A stretch of 64,000 bases of DNA from Acidimicrobiales bacterium (lineage in GTDB: Bacteria; Actinomycetota; Acidimicrobiia; Acidimicrobiales; MedAcidi-G1). Location of the stretch: positions 912-64,911 of the forward strand of contig JASLTU010000004.1 of assembly GCA_030742755.1 (NCBI GenBank), given 5' to 3'. The notes beneath the pieces were generated by a model. That model made no database searches and was not told where the DNA came from. It worked only from the letters and a program-made list of their open reading frames with translations. Numbering within the stretch: position 1 is the stretch's first letter; each line of letters starts with the position of its first letter. Below, in pieces: positions 33,771 to 42,664 of this stretch. A program made the translations under genes and the position numbers.

Positions 33771-35557
33771 TTTTGGGTTTCCAAAAGTCTTAGATTTAAA
33801 GCGGACCGAACCGCTGATGCTGCAGTATGACCTAAACCACAAATCGAAGCATCAGACATTACAGCAGCTAAGTCATCGAATAATGATATGTCAGTCTCAA
33901 CTGAGTTCTTATCAGCAATTCTAATAAGTAATTCCTCTTGCCTAACTGTTCCAACTCTGCAAGGTACACATTGACCACATGATTCATCACGGAAAAATTC
34001 AGCTATACGTAGAACAGTTTTTGTTAATTCGTCCCTATCGCTAAAAGCCATTATTACCCCTGAACCCAAGGAAACACCAGCATCACGAGTGCCTTCAAAT
34101 GTTAGAGGCAGATCGATTGATTCTGGAGTTACAAAACTACCCGCTGCTCCACCAAGGAGAACTGTTTTGAGACTTCCTGATCCCGAGAAACCACCTGCGG
34201 CATCCAATATTTCGCCCAGAGTCGCACCAAATTCAAATTCGTAGAGGCCAGGAAGAGCTACTCTTCCACTTAAACAGAAAAGTCTAGTTCCTGAAGACTG
34301 ATCCGTTCCTTCAGCAGCGAAAGCCTCCCCGCCATCCAAAATTATTCGAGGGATATTTGCCAAAGTTTCAACATTGTTAACCACCGTTGGTTCATTAAAA
34401 AGACCATTAGTAGTAGGGAAGGGTGGCTTGTTACGGGGTTCACCCCTAAATCCTTCTATTGAGTTAAATAAAGCCGTTTCCTCGCCACAAATATAAGCGC
34501 CTGCACCGCTTCTAATTTCAATTTCAAATTTTTTACCGGAACCTAAAATATCATCTCCAAGTAATCCAAACTTTTTAGCTTTTACAATTGCTTCACTCAA
34601 ACGTTGTCTAGCGACTGGATATTCACCCCGTACATAGAACCATCCTTTTTCCGCACCTATGGCAATACCAGCTATAGTCATTGATTCGATCAAAGCGAAA
34701 GGATCATTCTCCATCAGAACTCGATCTTTGAAAGTCCCTGGTTCTGATTCATCAGCGTTACAAACTAGGTGATGTGTTTTGCCTTTTTCGTCAGCTACGG
34801 CTTTCCATTTGACCCCTGTTGGGAAAGCGGCTCCTCCTCTACCTCTTAAACCTGACTTTGAAACCTCTTCAATAATTTGGTCAGCTTCCATTTCAAGAGC
34901 TTTGGTTAGAGCTTTATAACCTCCATGAGATTTATAGTCGTCAAGACTATTTGGGTCAATGATTCCAACTCGAGCCAGTAGTCGCAATTGATCAGATCCT
35001 GCTTGCGGCAATTTAATCGAGTTGTTTTCAGAATTTTCATTTAACGATTTATTGATTTGCTCTAGGTCAGCGTCAACTACAACACTGTCGTGTGAGGCAA
35101 TTTGTTGGATAAACACGGCTGGTCCTCGTTCGCATTGGCCTAAACATGGACTTGGTTTAGTTTCGTATCCTTCTTTTTTTAGATCGTCAATAAGACCTTC
35201 AGCTCCTTTGAGTCCGCAGGCTATGTCGTCACATACATGGAGTATTTGATTTCCACTCGGTGGTTGCGATGAGAAGAGATGGTAGAAAGTTGCCACACTA
35301 TAAGCTTCAGCTGGTGGAATTTCCAGCACACGACAGACGTAATCAAGACCACCTGGGCTTATCCAACCGGAAGTATTTTGTAGCGAATGAAGAGCCGGTA
35401 ACAGAAGGTGTCGACGTTCTTGAGTGCGTTGATGGCCAGCATAAACAAGCCGCTCTGTTATCTCTAGTGTTACTGGTCCAAAGGATTTAATTGTCTCATC
35501 TACAGCTTTTTTCTCACTGTCAGTAGGTAGAGAAGTCCCAAATTTTATGTCAGGCAT
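33767..35557 (-). CDS. NAD-reducing diaphorase subunit, NuoE-NuoF (FdsG-FdsB) fusion
   Basis: ATFY, C...AC, CLGQC; GLRGRGGAAFPTG, NADESEPGTFKDR, GAGAYICGEETAL, ESCGQCVPCRVG, SICGLG. Confidence 0.92.
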   Translation of the reverse strand: MPDIKFGTSLPTDSEKKAVDETIKSFGPVTLEITERLVYAGHQRTQERRHLLLPALHSLQNTSGWISPGGLDYVCRVLEIPPAEAYSVATFYHLFSSQPPSGNQILHVCDDIACGLKGAEGLIDDLKKEGYETKPSPCLGQCERGPAVFIQQIASHDSVVVDADLEQINKSLNENSENNSIKLPQAGSDQLRLLARVGIIDPNSLDDYKSHGGYKALTKALEMEADQIIEEVSKSGLRGRGGAAFPTGVKWKAVADEKGKTHHLVCNADESEPGTFKDRVLMENDPFALIESMTIAGIAIGAEKGWFYVRGEYPVARQRLSEAIVKAKKFGLLGDDILGSGKKFEIEIRSGAGAYICGEETALFNSIEGFRGEPRNKPPFPTTNGLFNEPTVVNNVETLANIPRIILDGGEAFAAEGTDQSSGTRLFCLSGRVALPGLYEFEFGATLGEILDAAGGFSGSGSLKTVLLGGAAGSFVTPESIDLPLTFEGTRDAGVSLGSGVIMAFSDRDELTKTVLRIAEFFRDESCGQCVPCRVGTVRQEELLIRIADKNSVETDISLFDDLAAVMSDASICGLGHTAASAVRSALNLRLLETQK

Positions 35558-37442
35558 TGATCATTTTCTCCACACGTATTGCTGCGGCTTTGAATTCGGC
35601 AGTGCCAGATTTTGGATCGTAAGCACTATTTGTCAGTTGGTTTACATCTACCAGTTCCGGGAAATGAAAGGTTGTAAAGGTCAGACCTAAAGGAAGATCA
35701 GGATCAATTTTGATTGTCATTTCAATACTTCCCCGACGAGATGAAACTATGACTCTTTCACCCGCTGAGATGCCGAGTTTTTCAGCATCTGCAGTAGAAA
35801 CCTCTAAAGCTTCTCCAGTTCTAATTGGAGAGTTGTAGTTTCCTGTTTGCACTCCTGTGTTATATGAATCCAAAGCTCTACCTGTGGTTAAGCGCAAAGG
35901 GTAATTGTCATCTAGCGATTCATTCGGAGGTCGATCGTCGACACACGAGAATGGTGCAAGTCTTCCCTCGACTGGTTGTTTCCAAAGTCGCTCATGAAGG
36001 AACGGACTTCCGGGATGGTTTTCATCAGGACAGGGCCATTGGATACCACCCTCGTTTTCAATTCTTTCCCAAGACATACCAGCATGCATAGGTGAGACAG
36101 TTCGTAACTCTTCCCAAAGATCTTCAGCTGTTGGTCGACCCCAACTGTCGTCACCTAGATATCTAGCTAACTCAGAGATTATTTCAATCTCCTCACGTGC
36201 ATCACCCGGTGGTTTAATAGCTGCTCGAGTTCGTTGAACTCGGCGTTCACTGTTAGTTACAGTTCCATCTGATTCCGCCCAACCAAGCGCAGCGGGCAGT
36301 ACAACATCAGCCATTTCAGCTGTGCGAGTCATAAACACATCCTGGACCACAAGCATGTCAAGACCTTCTAATAATTCACGTGCATGGTTCACATCCGCAT
36401 CAGAATCTGCTGGATTTTCACCGATTACATACAAGGCGCGCAGCTCTCCTCGTCCCATTGCATTAAACATGTCGGTAAGGTGCCACCCCGGTTCAGGTGG
36501 AATTTTAGAACCCCAAGCGGTTTCGAACTTCACTCTTATTTCCTCATCAGCCAAATCCTGAAATCCAGCGAGTTTATTAGGCAAAGCTCCCATGTCGCCA
36601 CCACCTTGAACATTGTTCTGACCTCTCAATGGCACCAATCCAGAACCCCAACGACCTACGTGGCCAGTCAAAAGAGACAGATTGCAAAGAGCGAGAACAT
36701 TATCAACTGCTGTGTGATGTTCTGTTATACCCAGAGTCCACATAATCTGAGCTTTTTCAGCATTTGCATATCCATGAGCTAGATCACGTATTGCTTCGAC
36801 AGGCACACCAGTTATTTCAGAGGTTCTCTCTAGGGTCCATGGTTCAACATGAGCAGCAAAATCTTCAAAACCGGTAGTTGCATTCGCAATAAATTTTTTG
36901 TTTTCCAGGCCTGCATCGATTATTTCATGAGCTACTCCATTGGCAAGAGCGATATCGCTGCCGACATTAATACCTAACCAGACATCAGCAAATTTTGCTG
37001 AGTCGGTTCTCCTCGGGTCTACTGCCCACATACGAGCACCGTTTGACACTCCTTTTAAAAGGTGATGAAAGAATATTGGGTGAGCGGCTCTAGCATTTGA
37101 ACCCCAAAGAACAATGGCATCTGTTTCTTCGATCTCTTTATAAGAGGAAGTTCCTCCTCCTGCTCCAAACACTGTCGCCAGACCGACGACACTAGGGGCA
37201 TGTCAAGTTCGATTACAACTGTCGATATTGTTCGAGCCGATTACTTTTCTTGCAAATTTTTGTGCTGCGTAATTGACTTCATTGGTTGTTTTGGAACAAC
37301 TGAACATCCCAAAGGCATTAGATCCATGCGAATTAATTACAGATCTAAAACCTTCAGCGGCTTTGTTCAGTGCTTCCTCCCAAGTGCATTCACGAAGCTT
37401 TCCATTTTCTTTAATCCTCGGCACAGTAAGACGTTCAGTCAT
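35550..37442 (-). CDS. fdhF: Selenocysteine-containing formate dehydrogenase catalytic (Mo/W-bis-PGD) subunit, about 630 aa
   Basis: ORFs 37203-37442 and 35550-37172 are in frame across TGA (37203-37205): NIDSCNRT-U-HAPSVVGLATVFGAGGGT; LRGQNNVQG motif; DPKSGTAEFK C-terminus. Confidence 0.9.
37173..37202 (-). promoter_or_regulatory. Bacterial SECIS element
   Basis: UGA, 11 nt, then UGUCGUC-GGUCU-GGCGACA hairpin; same spacing and GGUCUG core as the E. coli fdhF SECIS. Confidence 0.85.
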
Positions 37443-37480
37443 GGTTTCCCCATCTAGATCAAATTTACCTAATGTTAGTA

Positions 37481-38671
37481 TTACTCATTCGAAGAAGAAT
37501 TGATTATTTTTTGTCTATTTCTCCGTTCAATCATTCGGATAGAAGACCAAAGTTCATCACGTTCTATGTAGCAGCCGTAAAGGTGCCTTTCGCCAGTAGA
37601 AGAATCAAATGAATCTCTGGCGTGTAACACGCGGCGATTGTCAAAAATCAGACACTCACCTGGTTCCAGTCGGAAACGTAATTTGAAACGGTCATCTTGA
37701 TTAAGTGTCTCGAACAATTGATATGCCTTATACATGGGTTCAATGAGATCGAAATCGACTTGTAGAGGAACACGTAAAAAGTTACCAACTCTAACTTCTT
37801 CGATTTTTCCATCTTCATTTAAATGAATCATTGGAGTTTTCCAACGGTAATCAGTAACGGTGCTGCGGTTACCAAAGTCCCACGGAACTGAAGTGAGCAA
37901 TTTAAAGAATTCAGGTTCGAGTGAGCGGATTTCTTCAGCTACACGAAAACCATCAACTAAAATTGATTCTCCCCCTGCGACAGAATTTTTTAGACAATGA
38001 AGTAGTTGGAGTCCTGGTTGGTATTCACGTGTAGGTAGATCTGTATGAGGAGGAAGCTCAATCGTTGTATAAGCAGCTGTATCTGGTCCAGTTTTTGCTT
38101 CTACGTCAAAGAAAAGACCAAAATTAGTTTCCCTAACTACACCTATTCTTTCTGTTACCTGAATTAGACCGTTTTTCGAAGGTTCGACATTATTTGTAAT
38201 ACAACATCCAGCTTCAACTAGTGAGCAAAGCCATTTTTTTTCTATTTCTGGATCAGAAATAATTTCGTTCCAATCGAAGCGATCTGGCTCTTTTTTAGTT
38301 TTTGCGTCCCATGTAATATAGGAAGGGAAAGTTTTTTTCGATAAATCTAAACAGTGAGCCCGGAGCCAACCGGGATGGAAACAACTTGTATGCGATTCTC
38401 CTGACCAGATTATTTTTAAGAAACCTGTCTCTGTTACAGATACAGATGAAATGCGCAGGTCATTAGGGATGGATACCACACTGAAAATAGGTTCTCGTGT
38501 ATCTGGATGAACGCAACAAGGGCAGTTGTCCCTTAACCAAAGAAAGTGAAATTTACTTAGATGATCGTCATTCCATCTAACTTCGACTTTTTTCCCATCG
38601 GTAGAAGAATCAACAATGTAATGTTCTATCGGATAGAAATCGAAATCTCCTGTTTCAATCACTTCCTTCAT
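37481..38671 (-). CDS. Gamma-butyrobetaine dioxygenase-like (TauD/TfdA, Fe(II)/2-oxoglutarate)
   Basis: N-terminal WLRDNCPC...H zinc domain, HTD and FDN.RVLH.R motifs; adjacent to carnitine dehydrogenase. Confidence 0.85.
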   Translation of the reverse strand: MKEVIETGDFDFYPIEHYIVDSSTDGKKVEVRWNDDHLSKFHFLWLRDNCPCCVHPDTREPIFSVVSIPNDLRISSVSVTETGFLKIIWSGESHTSCFHPGWLRAHCLDLSKKTFPSYITWDAKTKKEPDRFDWNEIISDPEIEKKWLCSLVEAGCCITNNVEPSKNGLIQVTERIGVVRETNFGLFFDVEAKTGPDTAAYTTIELPPHTDLPTREYQPGLQLLHCLKNSVAGGESILVDGFRVAEEIRSLEPEFFKLLTSVPWDFGNRSTVTDYRWKTPMIHLNEDGKIEEVRVGNFLRVPLQVDFDLIEPMYKAYQLFETLNQDDRFKLRFRLEPGECLIFDNRRVLHARDSFDSSTGERHLYGCYIERDELWSSIRMIERRNRQKIINSSSNE

Positions 38672-39623
38672 TATTTGTATCTTTCTCTGAAGTTTTAATA
38701 TTTAAGTCATTAATTGTTTGGATAATCGCTGTAAGCCCCTTATCACGCTCAATTACCAAGTCAGCTACAGATCTGCCGTCTGCTTCTTCTGAGCAACCAT
38801 CTACAACTGCATTTCTGAGATCTTCAGTTAATTCTGGAGCCTTTAATCTTGTCCAAGGGGATTCAAGCGAAGGTCCGAAATGGTCAAGCATATGAGCCAT
38901 ACCCCCCTCACCTCCGGCCAAATGGAATGTAAGCATCGGTCCCATTAAAGCCCATCTCAGACCGGGTCCGGCAGTAATGGATAGATCCAATTGTTCTACG
39001 GTTGCCTCTCCGTTAGCTACCATATGTAAGGCTTCACGCCACATTGCTTCTTGAAGTCGATCAGCTATAAAACCGTCAATTTCTTTCTCGAGGCGTAGCA
39101 CCGTTTTTCCAGAATTCGAATAAATGTTTTCAGCCTTGTCCATGGTAGATACTGAGGTTTGAGGTCCTGCCACAAGCTCTACAAGTGGAAGTAGATAAAC
39201 AGGGTTAAATGGATGCCCTACCACTACACGTTCCGGTGCTACTGAACACTCTGATGCCAGATCGCTAACTAAATAACCCGAGGTTGACGATGCTATTACA
39301 CAATCAGAGGTACAAGCTTTATCAATTGTCGAAAGGAGTTCTTGTTTTAGTTCAAGTCGTTCAGGAGAACTTTCTTGAACTAATGAACAGTTTTCAACAG
39401 CTTCTTCGATTGTTTTATGGAAAATCACGAGATCTGGAGAAGCTCCGTTTGCTAGACCCAGTTTTTCCATTGATGGCCAAGCCTGTTCAATCGTTCTTTT
39501 AAAAAGATCTTCTGATTTTGAATCAGGATCCCAGGCATGCACCTCGATACCTTGGCCAGAAAAATGTGAAGCCCAACCGCAACCTATTACACCCATGCCT
39601 ATACAGGCGATTGATTCATTCAT
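38655..39623 (-). CDS. lcdH: L-carnitine dehydrogenase
   Basis: GMGVIGCGW, QESSPERLELK, ASSTSG, GHPFNPVYLLPLVE, DRLQEAMWREALH, GPGLRWA, GGEGGMAHMLDHFGP..E.PWTRL. Confidence 0.88.
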   Translation of the reverse strand: MNESIACIGMGVIGCGWASHFSGQGIEVHAWDPDSKSEDLFKRTIEQAWPSMEKLGLANGASPDLVIFHKTIEEAVENCSLVQESSPERLELKQELLSTIDKACTSDCVIASSTSGYLVSDLASECSVAPERVVVGHPFNPVYLLPLVELVAGPQTSVSTMDKAENIYSNSGKTVLRLEKEIDGFIADRLQEAMWREALHMVANGEATVEQLDLSITAGPGLRWALMGPMLTFHLAGGEGGMAHMLDHFGPSLESPWTRLKAPELTEDLRNAVVDGCSEEADGRSVADLVIERDKGLTAIIQTINDLNIKTSEKDTNNEGSD

Positions 39624-39651
39624 AAGAAAATTGTAAAAATGCTAAGCGTTA

Positions 39652-40533
39652 TCATTTTAGATTCAGTGTTTCTCGAGCGTCATCTGGTGATTGGATTGAA
39701 GCTCCCATTAGTTCGATAATTTTTACAGCTTTTTCGACCAGATCTGCATTTGTAGCTAGTACACCTTTTTCTAGGTACAAATTGTCTTCAAGTCCGACCC
39801 TTACGTGACCTCCAAGCATCACTGATTGTGCGACCATTGGCATTTGCATAGCCCCTAAACCAAAAGAGGTAAATTCTGCGCCTTCTGGTAGCCGGTTGAT
39901 CATTGCATTAAGTATCCCAATATCCATAGGAGTTCCGTATGGTATGGAGAGACATAGTTGGATCCAGAAAGGAGGGTCGAGTAGACCTTCATTGATCATT
40001 GTTTCAGCAAACCAAAGATTTCCAGTATCAAAAATTTCCAGTTCAGGACGTACACCTAGATTTCTAACTTTTTGGGTCATTTCTCTGAGCATTTCTGGAG
40101 TCGAGATATAAACCTCATTAGTGTCACCAAAGTTCAGTGAGCCGCAGTCCAGTGAACAAATCTCAGGTCGTATTCTTTCTACATGCTGTAATCTTTCTTG
40201 CGCTCCCACAAGATCTGTTCCTTCTCCAAAATCCATTGGGTCGCTGTCAGGACCGATGACCAAATCGCCTCCCATGCCGGCAGTTAAGTTAATTATCACC
40301 TCACTGTCTTTTTCCCTTATTCTGTTAACCACTTCTTCGTAGTAGTCGGGATTTCTTGATCCTTTTCCAGTTTCTGGGTCTCTAACATGGCAATGGACGA
40401 TTGCGGCACCCGCTTTCGCAGCTTCGAGTGCAGAAACTGCGATTTGCTCAGGAGTTACCGGGACGTTTTCACTCTTGTCGGTTGTATCACCTGCACCAGT
40501 TATTGCACATGTGATAATTACATTTCTATTCAT
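39652..40533 (-). CDS. Beta-keto acid cleavage enzyme (BKACE/Kce family), probable 3-dehydrocarnitine cleavage enzyme
   Basis: IITCAITGAGDT, HCHVRDP, SLDCGSLNFG, PELEIFDTG, RVGLEDN; directly upstream of lcdH. Confidence 0.87.
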   Translation of the reverse strand: MNRNVIITCAITGAGDTTDKSENVPVTPEQIAVSALEAAKAGAAIVHCHVRDPETGKGSRNPDYYEEVVNRIREKDSEVIINLTAGMGGDLVIGPDSDPMDFGEGTDLVGAQERLQHVERIRPEICSLDCGSLNFGDTNEVYISTPEMLREMTQKVRNLGVRPELEIFDTGNLWFAETMINEGLLDPPFWIQLCLSIPYGTPMDIGILNAMINRLPEGAEFTSFGLGAMQMPMVAQSVMLGGHVRVGLEDNLYLEKGVLATNADLVEKAVKIIELMGASIQSPDDARETLNLK

Positions 40534-40703
40534 TTCCCCCCTCTGCTTTAAGATTCTCAGGTTAAAAACGGAATATGAGCAATTTGCTAGAGAATAGCTT
40601 CGAAACGTGGTCTTTTGTTTGTCAAAGGCATAGAAAAAGTAATTTTATGAATGATTTGACAATAGTGTTTATTTAAACATTGCTGTGTATTTGGAGGAAA
40701 ATT

Positions 40704-41489
40704 GTGACCGCTCGTGGTAGAACAGTCAAAGTTTTTACCGAAAAAATAGAATCTGGGAAAAGTCAGCGAGTTCCAGATGAAGTGATTGTTGAAGAGCCGA
40801 TCTCTATACGACTTAACGGAGAACTCATAGGTACTACTATGCGGACTCCGGGAAATGATTTTGAACTCGCAGCAGGATTTTGCCTAACTGAAGGACTACT
40901 TCATGACGTGAAGATTAAATCGATCAGATATTGCGGACAATCAAGTGCATTAGAAGCGGAATTCAATGATGTAACTGTAGATGTAGATGGTTCTGTTTCG
41001 AAGCCAGTATCGAGACTTGGACCTGCTTCGTCTTCATGTGGAATTTGTGGAGTAGAGGCCATTGAAAATCTGTTGAAGTCTTTAGAGCCTTTAACCTCAG
41101 AAGCTTTTGATACAAATATTCTTACTTCAGTCGCTTACAACATTCAAAAAGAACAAGATCTTTTTGGAGCAACTGGCTCTGTTCATGCCGCAATGGCTTT
41201 TGATCGATCAGGTAAGAGCATTGTTGTTCGCGAAGATATAGGTCGACATAATGCCGTTGACAAGATCGTAGGACATTTATATTTGGAGGATTCTTTACCG
41301 GCAAACGAGATGGGTCTTTGGGTTAGTGGTAGAGCATCTTTTGAGATGGTTCAGAAAGCCTGGGCAGCAGGTTTTGCTTGTTTGATTGCTGTTAGTGGAC
41401 CTTCAGCGCTTGCGGTGGATACTGCTAAGGCAGCAGGATTGCAACTAGGTGGTTTTGCTCGTGGGGACCGGATCAATCTTTATTCTTAG
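40704..41489 (+). CDS. fdhD: Formate dehydrogenase accessory sulfurtransferase FdhD
   Basis: EEP, MRTPG.DFELAAGF..TEG, SSCGICG, TG.VHA, REDIGRHNAVDK. Confidence 0.95.
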   Translation: MTARGRTVKVFTEKIESGKSQRVPDEVIVEEPISIRLNGELIGTTMRTPGNDFELAAGFCLTEGLLHDVKIKSIRYCGQSSALEAEFNDVTVDVDGSVSKPVSRLGPASSSCGICGVEAIENLLKSLEPLTSEAFDTNILTSVAYNIQKEQDLFGATGSVHAAMAFDRSGKSIVVREDIGRHNAVDKIVGHLYLEDSLPANEMGLWVSGRASFEMVQKAWAAGFACLIAVSGPSALAVDTAKAAGLQLGGFARGDRINLYS

Positions 41490-41523
41490 AGTTAGATCAA
41501 GCTAGTTTCCGTAGACTCTAAGA

Positions 41524-42207
41524 ATGGATTTAGCATCGAAACCATCAGAGGGGCTAGGGGTTCTTCATCTTTTCTGCAAGTATCAAAGTTCGGTAGATGC
41601 AGAGAAACTCAAAAAAACGGTTTCAGAAACTCTTGACAAAGGTTTACAAGTTGTTGTTGTCGTGATGCTAGGGCACAAGGCAGATTTGGCATTGATGGTC
41701 TTAGGGGAAGATCTTTGGGATCTAAGGGATTTTCAAAGTTCAGTAGATTCTGCTGGCCTAAAAATCGTAGATAGCTATTTTTCATTAACTGAAATCTCTG
41801 AATATGCTGCAGGCGTTCCAGAGGAAATGAAGCAAGCCCGTCTTTACCCAAAGCTTCCCCCTGAGAATAAAACAGCTTGGTGCTTTTACCCGATGTCTAA
41901 GCGCCGTGACCCGGAGGCCAACTGGTACACACTTCCTTACGAACAGCGATCAGCCCAAATGCACGAGCATGGACGTTCAGGTAGAAATTTCGCTGGCCGT
42001 GTTTTGCAGGTAGTTACAGGATCTACTGGTGTTGATGATTACGAGTGGGGAGTGACATTATTCGCAGAGAATCCTGATGATCTCAAAGAAGTCGTCTACA
42101 CGATGCGATTCGATGAGGCATCAGCCGTTTATGCAGACTTTGGTCCCTTTTATACAGGGATGGTTTCTGACATTCACGATGCTTTGGATCGTTTGGCTAA
42201 TGGGTGA
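41524..42207 (+). CDS. Chlorite dismutase family protein, probable coproheme decarboxylase (ChdC/HemQ)
   Basis: HKAD, CFYPMSKRR...NWY.LP..R...M.EHG..GR, GS.G.DDYEWGVTL, MRFDEASA.Y. Confidence 0.85.
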   Translation: MDLASKPSEGLGVLHLFCKYQSSVDAEKLKKTVSETLDKGLQVVVVVMLGHKADLALMVLGEDLWDLRDFQSSVDSAGLKIVDSYFSLTEISEYAAGVPEEMKQARLYPKLPPENKTAWCFYPMSKRRDPEANWYTLPYEQRSAQMHEHGRSGRNFAGRVLQVVTGSTGVDDYEWGVTLFAENPDDLKEVVYTMRFDEASAVYADFGPFYTGMVSDIHDALDRLANG

Positions 42208-42568
42208 CGAATTTATTATTGAATGCGATTCTGACGAAATAACATCTAATCCGATCTCAGTTGTAGCGTTTGTTCCTGATTTAATGGATCAGTCAAAATT
42301 ACGTTTGGCGATGCCAGACATCTGTTTCGTTAAAGAAGTCTCTGAACTTATTGGTGCAGAGGTCGACCTTGTGGTAGTCGACTTGTCCAAATCAGAAGTT
42401 TTGGAAGCATTACATCAGATTGAAGCCAAAATTTTAGGCTTTGCTTCTCATGTCGATAAAGAAGTTATTTCTTTAGCTGAAGAAGCCGGTTGTGAAAAAG
42501 TGTTTCCAAGGTCGAAGTTTTTCCGCGATTTCGATTCTCTTGTTAACGGCGTATTAAAACTGAACTAA
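42200..42568 (+). CDS. Stand-alone atypical response-regulator receiver-like protein
   Basis: DLVVVDL, ILGFASHVD, A.EAGC..V.PRSKF; start placed at ATG 42200. Confidence 0.6.
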   Translation: MGDEFIIECDSDEITSNPISVVAFVPDLMDQSKLRLAMPDICFVKEVSELIGAEVDLVVVDLSKSEVLEALHQIEAKILGFASHVDKEVISLAEEAGCEKVFPRSKFFRDFDSLVNGVLKLN

Positions 42569-42586
42569 CAGCGTATTAAAACACGT
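42543..42586 (+). promoter_or_regulatory. 22-bp tandem direct repeat upstream of amt, candidate GlnR/OmpR-type operator
   Basis: TAACGGCGTATTAAAAC (42544-42560) and TAACAGCGTATTAAAAC (42566-42582). Confidence 0.5.
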
Positions 42587-42664
42587 TTTCCTGCGATTTG
42601 GCAGAGAAGTTCGAAGTATTCTTTTTTCAGTCTTGTTTGTGTTTTTGTTCAAAGGAGGTCACAA

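Noticed and set aside
37203-37205. Nonsense mutation making fdh a pseudogene
   Set aside because: The TGA is at the Sec/Cys ligand position with a correctly spaced SECIS, and the rest of the locus including fdhD is intact
40619-40662. Inverted TTGTCAAA...TTTGACAA in the BKACE/fdhD divergent region
   Set aside because: Could be an operator or back-to-back -35 boxes, but no well-spaced -10 boxes were found and a short AT-rich match is weak evidence
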